Source: a virus (lineage: Duplodnaviria; Caudoviricetes). From it: a stretch of 38,793 nt of DNA. The translations under genes and the position numbers were made by a program. The stretch is from positions 1-38,793 of IMG/VR virus record IMGVR_UViG_3300044528_000037; one strand, given 5' to 3'. Shown here piece after piece: positions 9,357 through 17,311 of this stretch. Each line of letters begins with the position of its first letter. Within the stretch, counting starts at the first letter, position 1. The notes beneath the pieces were generated by a model, which was given only the letters and a program-made list of their open reading frames with translations, was not told where the DNA came from and did no database searches.

Positions 9357-9749
9357 TCACGTCGTGAGCCTTGGCGGTCGACCGAACGAGCCGTCGTCGC
9401 GCGCGGTGCGGCGCGAGTGACACGAGGCGCAACGTGCTTCGAGGTAACGCTCGGCGTCGGGGTCAGACACGCCCCCAGCGAGCAGCCCCCTCCTCGACGT
9501 CGGTGCGTGATCGGCGTGTTGCGATGGTGCGCCGCAGTCGACACACACGCGATGCGTACGTAGGAAGTCCGCTGCCCTCCTGGCCCACCGCTGGTCGTAG
9601 CCCTGTGACGTAGGGGTGCCTCGTGCCCGGTTGTTCAAGCGCTGCTGCGCGCGCTTGAAGGCGAAGCGGTGCTCGTCACATGGCGAGAGGTTCGGGCAGC
9701 CGGCGACCGAGCAACGACGACGAGCGGCGATCGGCACGGCGACCATCAT
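9357..9749 (-). CDS. HNH endonuclease (terminase-associated)
   Basis: CSVAGC..CDEH, GYDQRW, CVDCG..ADH..CASCHSRRT; start may be the GTG a few codons downstream. Confidence 0.85.
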   Translation of the reverse strand: MMVAVPIAARRRCSVAGCPNLSPCDEHRFAFKRAQQRLNNRARGTPTSQGYDQRWARRAADFLRTHRVCVDCGAPSQHADHAPTSRRGLLAGGVSDPDAERYLEARCASCHSRRTARDDGSFGRPPRLTT

Positions 9750-9775
9750 GGCGCATCGACCTACGACGTAGCACC

Positions 9776-10591
9776 ATGAGTGAGATGGCGACGCGAGCAG
9801 CGAGCAAGTCGAACGGTACGGCGGCGCCGAGACAAGTCGAGCTGGTCGACCTCGAAACGTTGGTGCCGCATCCGGACAACCCGAAGCAGCACGACCTCGG
9901 GCTCATGCGACAGAGCGTCGGCACCTTCGGCTACATCGAACCCATCGTGGTCGACGGACGCACCGGCTTCCTGATCAGCGGCCACGGCCGACGTGACCTC
10001 TTGCTCGACCAGCGCGCCAAGGGCGAGCAGCCACCGGACGGCGTGGTGCTCGACCCCAGCTCCGGCCGCTGGCTTGTCCCTGTCGTGCAGGGCTGGGCCT
10101 CCCGCTCCGACGCTGAGGCACGGGCGGCGCTCGTCACGCTGAACCGCACCGGCGAGGTCGGCGGCTGGGACAAGGACAAGCTGCTCGAGGTGCTGCAAGC
10201 GGCGAGCGCCGACGACTTGCTCGCCGTCACGGGCTACACCGACGCTGATGTCGCTCGCATGTTGAAGCCGCCGAGCGACGGCAGCCTGCTCGCTCGCAGC
10301 GACGTGACGTTGGCGGAGCCGAGCGTCGAAGTGCACCACGGCGAGGTGTTCGCGATCCGTGAGCGGCACCGGCTCGTGATCGCTGACGTGATGCGCGACT
10401 GGCCACTGTGGTCACCGATGCTGTCGGCCGATGCGCTGTTCGTCCCGTACCCGGGTCCGTACGCGGCGCTCGGTGTCGCCGCCGATCGCCACACGCTGAT
10501 CCTCGTGCAGCCCGACGCGTACATCGCCGGGCATCTGATCGACAAGACCCGAGCGGTGCACGGCGACGAAGCGGCCGTGCGGCTGTCGTGA
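9776..10591 (+). CDS. ParB/Srx-like N-terminal domain protein
   Basis: LVPHPDNPKQH...FGYIEPIVVD...LISGHGRR; C-terminal part resembles the start of ParB-methyltransferase fusions (GEVFAIRERHRLVIADV). Confidence 0.8.
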   Translation: MSEMATRAASKSNGTAAPRQVELVDLETLVPHPDNPKQHDLGLMRQSVGTFGYIEPIVVDGRTGFLISGHGRRDLLLDQRAKGEQPPDGVVLDPSSGRWLVPVVQGWASRSDAEARAALVTLNRTGEVGGWDKDKLLEVLQAASADDLLAVTGYTDADVARMLKPPSDGSLLARSDVTLAEPSVEVHHGEVFAIRERHRLVIADVMRDWPLWSPMLSADALFVPYPGPYAALGVAADRHTLILVQPDAYIAGHLIDKTRAVHGDEAAVRLS

Positions 10592-11466
10592 TCGCGACGG
10601 GCGGCTGTTGGGATCCCGACGACCGCCACAAGTACTTCCTCGCCGCCGACCTCGGACGCCAGCAGTGGGTCGCGGTGCTGCACGCCAACGTCCTCGTGAG
10701 CGCGCACAAGATCCGAGAGGACACGCCGCGCGTCGACTTGCTGTTGGAGCAGAACAAGTGCGTGATGCTCGACTCCGGCATCTTCTGGCTGACGAACGAA
10801 CACAAGCGGGCGCACGGCCTGACGATGAACGACGCGCTCGCCCTCGCGCCAGAGGACATCGACGGGTTCGATGAGCTGTGGGATCGCTACGTGCGGCTCG
10901 CCAAGCGGTACGCCACGGAGTGGTGGGGTTACGTCGAGCTCGACCAGGGTGGCGCGGCCCGTAAGCGTGAGACCCGCCGGCGCCTCCACGACTTGGGGCT
11001 GCGACCGATCCCGGTGTATCACCCGCTGAACGATGGTTGGGATTACTTCGATGAGCTGGCGTCGGAGCATGACCGGATCTGCTTCGGCAACATCGTGCAG
11101 GCCGACCGTGCGACACGGGTGCGGCTGCTCGCCACCCTCGCCGAACGCAAGCGCGCCTACCCGGACTTGTTCGTGCACGTGCTCGGCCTCACGCCGAACG
11201 AGTTCATCAACGCCTTCCCGGTCGACTCGGCGGACAGCAGCACATGGCTAAACATCGTGCGCTGGGACGGCTACCACGAGCGCGGCATGTTGAAGCCGCT
11301 CGGCAACATGGACCACGACTATCAGTACCTCGTCGGTGACAACGACGAGACGAGCCCGACGAACGACAAGCGGGCGGTGGCGATGGCGGCGGTCGGCGCG
11401 GCGTGTCACGAGCGCGGGTGGCGTCACTGGATCGACCGCTGCGCTGAGGTCGGGATCCCAGCGTGA
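10588..11466 (+). CDS. dpdA: DpdA-like DNA-guanine transglycosylase (TGT fold)
   Basis: GTG 10588 (GTGA overlap); MLDSGIF, VELD, PIPVYH, HVLG, DSADSSTW motifs; adjacent to que genes. Subfamily not determined. Confidence 0.75.
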   Translation: MIATGGCWDPDDRHKYFLAADLGRQQWVAVLHANVLVSAHKIREDTPRVDLLLEQNKCVMLDSGIFWLTNEHKRAHGLTMNDALALAPEDIDGFDELWDRYVRLAKRYATEWWGYVELDQGGAARKRETRRRLHDLGLRPIPVYHPLNDGWDYFDELASEHDRICFGNIVQADRATRVRLLATLAERKRAYPDLFVHVLGLTPNEFINAFPVDSADSSTWLNIVRWDGYHERGMLKPLGNMDHDYQYLVGDNDETSPTNDKRAVAMAAVGAACHERGWRHWIDRCAEVGIPA

Positions 11467-11834
11467 GCACCGAGCAGCTCGAGGTGGTCGTGCGGACGGC
11501 GTTCGCCGGTACGCACCGCTGGCCAGAGGCGCCGGTGTCGCGCGCCTACTTGGCGAACGTGCACCGCCACTTGTTTCACGTGGAGGCGTGCGTGAGTGTC
11601 GACGCCGGACGCGACATCGAGTTCCACGATCTGCTCGACTCGGTGCGGCGAGCGATCCGTACGCTTGGGATCAGTGCGGGCGCCGGCGGCGTGGCGCTGG
11701 GGTCGATGTCGTGCGAGGACATCGCGACCGTGCTGGCGCACGAGCTGATCGCGGAGCACGGATCCGACCGGCGCATCGAGGTGGGCGTGTGGGAGGACGG
11801 CGAGTGTGGCGCCCGTTACCGGAGCGCTCCGTGA
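11463..11834 (+). CDS. dpdL: QueD paralog, DpdL-like putative CDG decarboxylase
   Basis: T-fold-like GTHRWP...LANVHRHLF (LxxxHRHxF instead of QueD CxxxHGH), RDIEFH, SCEDIA, EDGECGA. Confidence 0.7.
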   Translation: MSTEQLEVVVRTAFAGTHRWPEAPVSRAYLANVHRHLFHVEACVSVDAGRDIEFHDLLDSVRRAIRTLGISAGAGGVALGSMSCEDIATVLAHELIAEHGSDRRIEVGVWEDGECGARYRSAP

Positions 11835-12202
11835 CCTACACGATCGCCAAGCGCTTCACGTTCGCGGCGTCGCATGTGCTGCACGGACTCGCTGAGGGTC
11901 ACAAGTGCGGGCGCCTCCACGGCCACAACTACGACGTCGTGGTCGAGCTGCAAGCGGACACGCTGGGCAGCACCGGGTTCGTCATGGACTACGGCGACCT
12001 CGATGCGTTCGCTGAGCTGCTCGTCGAGGTCTACGACCACCGCCACTTGAACGACGTGGTCGACGGGCAGCCCTCGGCGGAGCGTTTGGCGCGCCAGCTG
12101 TACGACGAAGCCGCCAGCGTGCTCGACCTGCCGCTCGGCGCCACGCTCGCCGCTGTTCAAGTGTTTGAGACCCCGCGCACGATGGCGGAGTACCGGCCGT
12201 GA
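11831..12202 (+). CDS. queD: 6-carboxy-5,6,7,8-tetrahydropterin synthase
   Basis: GTG 11831; FAASH, CGRLHGHNY, MDYG, DHRHLN, PSAERLA, FETP. Confidence 0.93.
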   Translation: MTYTIAKRFTFAASHVLHGLAEGHKCGRLHGHNYDVVVELQADTLGSTGFVMDYGDLDAFAELLVEVYDHRHLNDVVDGQPSAERLARQLYDEAASVLDLPLGATLAAVQVFETPRTMAEYRP

Positions 12203-12894
12203 GCGCGGGCACGATGCTCGTGTCGGAGGTGTTCGGTCCGACCGTGCAAGGCGAGGGCCCGAGCGCCGGGCGCCGGGCGGCGTTCGTGCGGCTCGGGCTG
12301 TGCAACCTGAACTGTCAGTGGTGCGACACGCCGTACACCTGGGACTGGGAGCACTACGACCGGCGCGCCGAGCTGGAACGCATGCGGCCGTCCGACATCG
12401 TCGCTCGGGTTGACGAGATGGGTGTCGAGCTCGTCGTCGTCACCGGCGGTGAGCCGTTCGTGCAACGCGCCGCGCTCGAAGCGCTGTTGGTCATGCTGCG
12501 GGCGGAGCACCGGGTTGAGGTCGAGACGAACGGCACGATCGCTCCGGGCACGTGCGGGCCGCTCGCTCGCTTCAACGTGAGTCCGAAGCTCGCGCACGCG
12601 CATGTCACTCGGGCGCCGGCGATCGTGCCCGACGTGCTCGACGCCTTCGCGCACTGCGACGGCACGGCCTTCAAGTTCGTCTGTCAGCGCGAGTCGGATC
12701 TGCTCGAGGTCGACGGCGTGATGGGATCCGTGCCGGCGATCGTGCCGTCGATGGTGTGGGTGATGCCGGAGGGCCGCACTCCCGACGAGTTGCGAGTGCA
12801 CAGCTCGGCGGTGGTCGACGGCGCGATCGCTCGGGGCTTCAACGTCACGGGCCGACTGCACATCGAGTTGTGGGGCGACGAGCGTGGTCGCTGA
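12199..12894 (+). CDS. queE: 7-carboxy-7-deazaguanine synthase (radical SAM)
   Basis: EVFGPTVQGEG, CNLNCQWCDT, TGGEP, VETNGT, VSPKL, RLHIELWG. Confidence 0.95.
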   Translation: MSAGTMLVSEVFGPTVQGEGPSAGRRAAFVRLGLCNLNCQWCDTPYTWDWEHYDRRAELERMRPSDIVARVDEMGVELVVVTGGEPFVQRAALEALLVMLRAEHRVEVETNGTIAPGTCGPLARFNVSPKLAHAHVTRAPAIVPDVLDAFAHCDGTAFKFVCQRESDLLEVDGVMGSVPAIVPSMVWVMPEGRTPDELRVHSSAVVDGAIARGFNVTGRLHIELWGDERGR

Positions 12895-13813
12895 CCTGTC
12901 GTGGTCCGATGTCATGCGCGCTGCCGGTGGCGTCGCTGATCGGTGGCGCGACGTGCGCGGAGTCCGCAACGTCTACGGCGTGCCGCGCGGCGGGATCGTG
13001 CCCGCGGTGCTCGTCGCGCACTGGCTCGGGTGCGGGCTGATCGAAGTGCCGAGCAAGGGCACGCTCGTCGTGGACGACGTGGTCGACTCGGGCATGACGC
13101 TCGGCAAGATCCGAGAGTCCTACGACGGTGCCATCGTCGGCGTCGACGCGCTGTACCGGAAGTCTCGGGCGCCGGCGGCGCTCGCTCCCGACGCGGCGAC
13201 GATTGACGACTGGCTCGTGTTCCCGTGGGAGCGGATGACGAACGAAGCGCTCGGGCCCGCTGACGCGGTGGTCCGGCTGTTGGAGTTCGTCGGCGAGGAC
13301 CCGGCACGTGAGGGACTCCGCAACACCCCGGCTCGGGTCGTGCGCGCGCTCTCGGAGATGACACGCGGCTACTCGCTGGATCCGGCGGTGGCGCTCGGCA
13401 CGACGTTTGTCGACGACCGCTGCGACGAGATGGTCGTGTGTCGCGGGATCGACTTCACGTCGCTGTGCGAGCATCACCTGCTGCCGTTCAGCGGCGACGC
13501 CGTCGTCGGGTACGTGCCCGGCGATCGCCTCGTCGGCCTCTCGAAGCTCGCTCGGCTCGTGGAGGTCTACGCGCAGCGGCTGCAAGTGCAGGAGCGGCTC
13601 ACGGTGCAGATCGCCGACGCGCTGACGGAGCACCTCGCACCGCGAGGCGTCGGCGTCGTCGTGCGAGCGCGGCACTCGTGTATGGCGTGCCGCGGTGTCC
13701 GCAAGCAGCACGCCGAGATGGTCACGTCCGCGCTGAGCGGCTTCATGCGCGACGACGCGGCCGCCCGGGCGGAGTTCCTCGCGCTCGCTCGGGCCGATGC
13801 CAACGTTGTCTAG
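12884..13813 (+). CDS. folE: Phosphoribosyltransferase-like domain fused to GTP cyclohydrolase I
   Basis: N-terminal YGVPRGG, LVVDDVVDSGMTL, WLVFPWE (type I PRTase); C-terminal REGLRNTPARV, SLCEHHLLPF, GLSKLARL, QVQERLT, HSCMACRG. Confidence 0.92.
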   Translation: MVADLSWSDVMRAAGGVADRWRDVRGVRNVYGVPRGGIVPAVLVAHWLGCGLIEVPSKGTLVVDDVVDSGMTLGKIRESYDGAIVGVDALYRKSRAPAALAPDAATIDDWLVFPWERMTNEALGPADAVVRLLEFVGEDPAREGLRNTPARVVRALSEMTRGYSLDPAVALGTTFVDDRCDEMVVCRGIDFTSLCEHHLLPFSGDAVVGYVPGDRLVGLSKLARLVEVYAQRLQVQERLTVQIADALTEHLAPRGVGVVVRARHSCMACRGVRKQHAEMVTSALSGFMRDDAAARAEFLALARADANVV

Positions 13814-14006
13814 CGATCCGATGCGCTTCCGGAGGGTCGCCACGACGTAGGCGCCCGGGCGCCGTTGTCCGGATGCCGTGGCGCCCCAATCGACCACGTT
13901 TCACAGTGTGTTTGTCGAGCGAGTGTCACTTGCGGGCCCGGAGTCGAGAGGGTGGGCGCAGCTCGGATCCGACCGGATCTGAGCACCAGCGCCCCTCGCG
14001 GGGCTT

Positions 14007-14019
14007 GACATAGGAGCAA
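14007..14019 (+). promoter_or_regulatory. Start-associated motif GACATAGGAGCAA (extended RBS)
   Basis: 6 nt before ATG 14026; copies at 14543, 15508(-), 23144(-), 23297. Confidence 0.75.
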
Positions 14020-14025
14020 CACACA

Positions 14026-14331
14026 ATGGCTACCAAGACAGTGAACAAGGCGCGCGCTCGCAAGGCGGTCCGGGCTAACGGTGCGACGAAGCGCACCGCC
14101 AAGGCTGCCCCGGCGAAGGCGGCACCGAAGACCGGCAACGGCGTGAGTGCCGCGGTCAAGTCGGCGCTGACCCAGCTGGGCAAGGACGCCGAGACCGAGC
14201 GCAAGGCCTACGACGCCAAGGTCGCAGCGATCGTGTCGCTGTACGGCAAGGGCGTCGGGATCACCGAGCTTGCCGAGGTTGCGGGCATGAGCACCGCCGG
14301 TGTTCGTCGCATCGTCACCCTCAACAAGTAA
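14026..14331 (+). CDS. Small basic Ala/Lys-rich (histone-like) protein with C-terminal HTH
   Basis: AKAAPAKAAPK repeats; GITELAEVAGMSTAGVRRIV helix-turn-helix. Confidence 0.75.
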   Translation: MATKTVNKARARKAVRANGATKRTAKAAPAKAAPKTGNGVSAAVKSALTQLGKDAETERKAYDAKVAAIVSLYGKGVGITELAEVAGMSTAGVRRIVTLNK

Positions 14332-14333
14332 CC

Positions 14334-14492
14334 GTGGTCCTGCTCACGTGTCCGGTCTGCGGCGACAAGCAGATGCCGTTCGAGCGCCAGAGCGTCAACG
14401 TCTGGCTGTGCGGCGGATGCGGCTCGACTTGCAGCACGGACGAACTGACGGAGTCCAACCCGGACTTCCGCCCAACAACCCGACGCCGGTAA
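14334..14492 (+). CDS. Small zinc-ribbon protein
   Basis: Not in ORF track; 52 aa MVLLTCPVCG...WLCGGCG, starts 2 nt after the upstream stop. Confidence 0.6.
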   Translation: MVLLTCPVCGDKQMPFERQSVNVWLCGGCGSTCSTDELTESNPDFRPTTRRR

Positions 14493-14558
14493 CGGCGTCA
14501 CGAGTAGGCGAGGTGCCCCGGCTTCGGTCGGGGCGCTCTCGCGATAGGAGCAAACACT

Positions 14559-14852
14559 GTGACTAGCTACAGCGAGTACGTCGAGCTCGATGTCGACCGC
14601 GACGGCGTTGTCCGACCCAAGGGTTACGGGCAAGTCGTCGGCTACGTCGACACTCGGGCGCAGTACAACGAGCGCAACGAAGGTCGCTCGACCGCCAAGG
14701 CGCCGTGGACCGCGACCCTCCAAGGTGTCCGGGTCACCGACGGCGAGAGCAGAGCAGACGTCGTGATGTTCGTCACGCACTGCTTCGTCGCCACGAGGCC
14801 GACGTTCGAAGCGCCGGCGGCGACGGTGCGACGGATCGGCGGTGCATCGTGA
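14559..14852 (+). CDS. Hypothetical protein
   Basis: GATAGGAGCAA RBS motif before GTG; coupled to next gene. Confidence 0.65.
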   Translation: MTSYSEYVELDVDRDGVVRPKGYGQVVGYVDTRAQYNERNEGRSTAKAPWTATLQGVRVTDGESRADVVMFVTHCFVATRPTFEAPAATVRRIGGAS

Positions 14853-15040
14853 CCGCCCGGAAACCGAAGTGCCAAGTGCTGCGGGAGTGGGAACGAGCGA
14901 CCAGCGACCTCGTGGAGATGCCCGACGAGGCCTACCGCCACGAGACCTACGGCTGGCAGCTGACCTTCGAGACAGCACCTCGTTGCGATGACCGCGAGTG
15001 CGAGACGTGTTGGGGCTGGCACGCACCACCGTCCGCCTGA
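14849..15040 (+). CDS. Hypothetical protein
   Basis: GTGA overlap start; ends just before the terminator. Confidence 0.55.
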   Translation: MTARKPKCQVLREWERATSDLVEMPDEAYRHETYGWQLTFETAPRCDDRECETCWGWHAPPSA

Positions 15041-15056
15041 CACAACGAAACGAACA

Positions 15057-15080
15057 AGGGCCCCGCTCCGGCGGGGCCCT
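15057..15080. terminator. Intrinsic terminator between convergent operons
   Basis: AGGGCCCCGC-TCCG-GCGGGGCCCT, 10-bp stem; U-rich tail on the minus strand. Confidence 0.8.
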
Positions 15081-15098
15081 CGTCGCGTCCGGACTCGG

Positions 15099-15263
15099 TC
15101 ACTCGGTCTCGACATCGTCGGCGGCGCTCTCGCGCTTGGGTTTCGGCTGCACCGCGATCGTGCCGTCCGGTTGTCCGAGTACGACCCACGATGGCGGCAG
15201 CCCGTTCAACAGCTCAGCGACGAAGCGAGTGGTGCGGCCGCTCTCGACTTGCACGCCGTTCAC
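15099..15263 (-). CDS. Hypothetical protein
   Basis: Not in ORF track; GTG 15263 overlaps the upstream stop; 54 aa MNGVQVESGRTTRFVAELL... Confidence 0.5.
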   Translation of the reverse strand: MNGVQVESGRTTRFVAELLNGLPPSWVVLGQPDGTIAVQPKPKRESAADDVETE

Positions 15264-15499
15264 TTGGTGAGCGCGACGGAGTCCTCTGCGTCGCCGGCGC
15301 CGGGGTCGAGGCAGATGAGCGTGAGCAGTCGGCGCGCTTCCTCGCGGGTAGCGCGATTCGCGAGCGTGTACTCGTTGTCGTTGTCCATCGTGACGACGAC
15401 GTCCCAGCTTCCGTCGTCATGGATCTTGCAATGCGCTGAGCGAACGTGTTCGAGGTTCACCGCGCCATCGCCGGTGAGCGTGTGTACGAAGCGCGTCAT
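15260..15499 (-). CDS. Hypothetical protein
   Basis: ATG 15499 preceded by GACATAGGAGGAA; MTRFVHTLTGDGAVNLEHVRS. Confidence 0.7.
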   Translation of the reverse strand: MTRFVHTLTGDGAVNLEHVRSAHCKIHDDGSWDVVVTMDNDNEYTLANRATREEARRLLTLICLDPGAGDAEDSVALTK

Positions 15500-15518
15500 G
15501 TTCCGGGTTCCTCCTATG

Positions 15519-15968
15519 TCAGTAGGGACGAGTGTCCCAAGGGTCGAGCAGAGCGGCGGGCACGAAGTACTCGCCGTCGCGGGCGTACTCCGGGCGCTTG
15601 GCGTCACGGGCGAAGCACCAGCCGCGGATGCACAGCCGCGGTGGTGTGCCGGTGACGAGCACGAAGGCGGCGGCGTCGCGGTCACGTTCTCGGATCACGA
15701 GCCCGGCGGGGGTCCGGGTCGTGGCGCGCACCTCGAAGCGGCCGACGTCGCCGGCGCCGTGGTCGTTTCCGCCGATGTTGGGATCCCAGTAGATGCCGAG
15801 CGCCTTGGCGACGGTCAGCTCACCGAGCGCGCCGGTGATGTGACCGAGGAAGGTGTTGGATCCTGGGATGAGTGGGCGGCGTCCTTGGCGCTTGGCGGTC
15901 AGGTCTCGGCCGACGCCGACGAGAGTGGCGTGGCGGACCTCATGCGGAGCGAGGACGACGTCGAGCAT
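15519..15968 (-). CDS. Putative PD-(D/E)XK-like nuclease
   Basis: GALGELTVAK...GDVGRFEVRAT spacing fits the E..D..ExK/R pattern. Confidence 0.5.
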   Translation of the reverse strand: MLDVVLAPHEVRHATLVGVGRDLTAKRQGRRPLIPGSNTFLGHITGALGELTVAKALGIYWDPNIGGNDHGAGDVGRFEVRATTRTPAGLVIRERDRDAAAFVLVTGTPPRLCIRGWCFARDAKRPEYARDGEYFVPAALLDPWDTRPY

Positions 15969-16600
15969 CAGAACGTCTCGGGCTCGTCGTCGTCGGGTTC
16001 GCGGTCGAGACCCCGCAGTCGCTTCAACATCGCTTGTGCGTGCTCGCGACCGAAGTTCCGCTCGGGTTCGGTCGGCTCGAGGTCGGTTGCTTCGAAGAGC
16101 GGGATGTGCGGACGAGGCGGGTCCGGCGGGCGCGCGTTCGCGTCGTTTTGGTCTCGCGCGCGCGCATATCTCTTATCTATCGGGTCGGGTAGGGCGTTAC
16201 TTCTCACAGGTGTAACGCGTCGCGCGACGCGTCGCGTAACGCCGTTACTGCTCTCGACTCCACGCTTCGCTCGAAACCGCCGAGACCGCTCCGCAGCTGC
16301 ATCGCGGCGCTCTTGCAGCTCCGCGTGGGAGGGGTTGTAGTCGTGCCAATCGTGCACGAGCAGCGCGCCATCTTGCCCGCGATCGAGCAGACCGGCCGCG
16401 ACCAGTTTTCTGGCATTTCTGCCGCGTTTTCGCGCATCCGGGCACAGCGCGCGTAACGCGTTACGCGAGAGCAGACCGTCCGTCTCGTTCCTGCCGCAGT
16501 ACGACAACGCCCGCACGTAGAACGCCAGCGCTCCGTCGCTCAGCGCCAGGATCTTCGGGTGGTCGTAGAAGCGATCATCGAGGCGGACCCACACGGTCAA
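15968..16600 (-). CDS. Replication initiator-like protein
   Basis: WVRLDDRFYDHPK..LSYC..TDG, HDWHDYNP, VTRRV repeats; lies after recT. Confidence 0.7.
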   Translation of the reverse strand: MTVWVRLDDRFYDHPKILALSDGALAFYVRALSYCGRNETDGLLSRNALRALCPDARKRGRNARKLVAAGLLDRGQDGALLVHDWHDYNPSHAELQERRDAAAERSRRFRAKRGVESSNGVTRRVARRVTPVRSNALPDPIDKRYARARDQNDANARPPDPPRPHIPLFEATDLEPTEPERNFGREHAQAMLKRLRGLDREPDDDEPETF

Positions 16601-16806
16601 CCCTCGTGCTCCCAGTCGAATGGACGACGACGCCCCGCCACGTCGTCAGGCTCACGATCGACCACACGCACATGCGGCTGCCCCAACGCGAACGGCGTGC
16701 CCGGCGGGAGCGGCTTCGCTGCCGGGCGCCGGCGCCGGGCGCGCATGACCCACACGACCATCGCCACCATCACCACGGCAGCGGCGAGCGCCAGCGCCAA
16801 GCTCAC
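16597..16806 (-). CDS. Small membrane protein
   Basis: GTG 16806 (GTGA overlap); hydrophobic N-terminus followed by RARRRR. Confidence 0.6.
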   Translation of the reverse strand: MSLALALAAAVVMVAMVVWVMRARRRRPAAKPLPPGTPFALGQPHVRVVDREPDDVAGRRRPFDWEHEG

Positions 16807-17042
16807 GGCCCGAACAACGCCAGTCGGCCCGAACCGTGAGCAGCGTCGAGATGCCGCTCCGCCGAGCGATACGTGACGAACGACGCACCACAGTCCGCGC
16901 ACGTCACCTTCGAGGTCGGACACGAGCGAGCAAGCGATGGCTGGTCGGTCCGGCTCGCCCGTGCCCGACGCGGTCGTGTCTCGCCGGTCACGCGGCGTCG
17001 TACCCGCGGCGGCAAGTCCTCCAACCTGACCCGCGCCGTCAC
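16803..17042 (-). CDS. Small C2H2-type zinc-finger protein
   Basis: CADCG...ERHLDAAH; coupled on both sides. Confidence 0.6.
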   Translation of the reverse strand: MTARVRLEDLPPRVRRRVTGETRPRRARASRTDQPSLARSCPTSKVTCADCGASFVTYRSAERHLDAAHGSGRLALFGP

Positions 17043-17311
17043 AACCGACCCTTCGTGTCGACCACGTCGACCGGAAACGTCAGCTGCTCGACGCGCTCGA
17101 TAGCGGCGATCGCTTCGAGCTCGTCATCGTCGAGCACGTACGGGCACGACCCCGACTCGCACATCGGGCACGGGCCCACCGCCGCGACCATCTCGTGGAA
17201 CGCCGCGTCACGCTCACAGATGGCGGCGAGCAGCTCGCCGGCGCTCGCCTCCATCACCCGCGCCCACGCGCTCACGTAACGGCGCACCACGGGCTTGAGG
17301 TCGGTGGTCAT
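17039..17311 (-). CDS. Hypothetical protein
   Basis: Coupled ORF within the operon. Confidence 0.6.
   Translation of the reverse strand: MTTDLKPVVRRYVSAWARVMEASAGELLAAICERDAAFHEMVAAVGPCPMCESGSCPYVLDDDELEAIAAIERVEQLTFPVDVVDTKGRL

Noticed and set aside
11336-11830. Long N-terminal extension on QueD in the ORF track (similar extensions on terS, DpdA, integrase, Dit)
   Set aside because: The extensions overlap upstream genes; 4-nt stop/start overlaps or RBSs give shorter starts
11463-13813. Auxiliary folate or queuosine-tRNA metabolism
   Set aside because: Coupling to a DpdA-like and a ParB-like gene, with no queC/queF/queA, favours DNA modification
13814-14025. Possible tRNA in the intergenic gaps
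   Set aside because: No cloverleaf with T-loop/D-loop consensus found by eye here or in the other gaps
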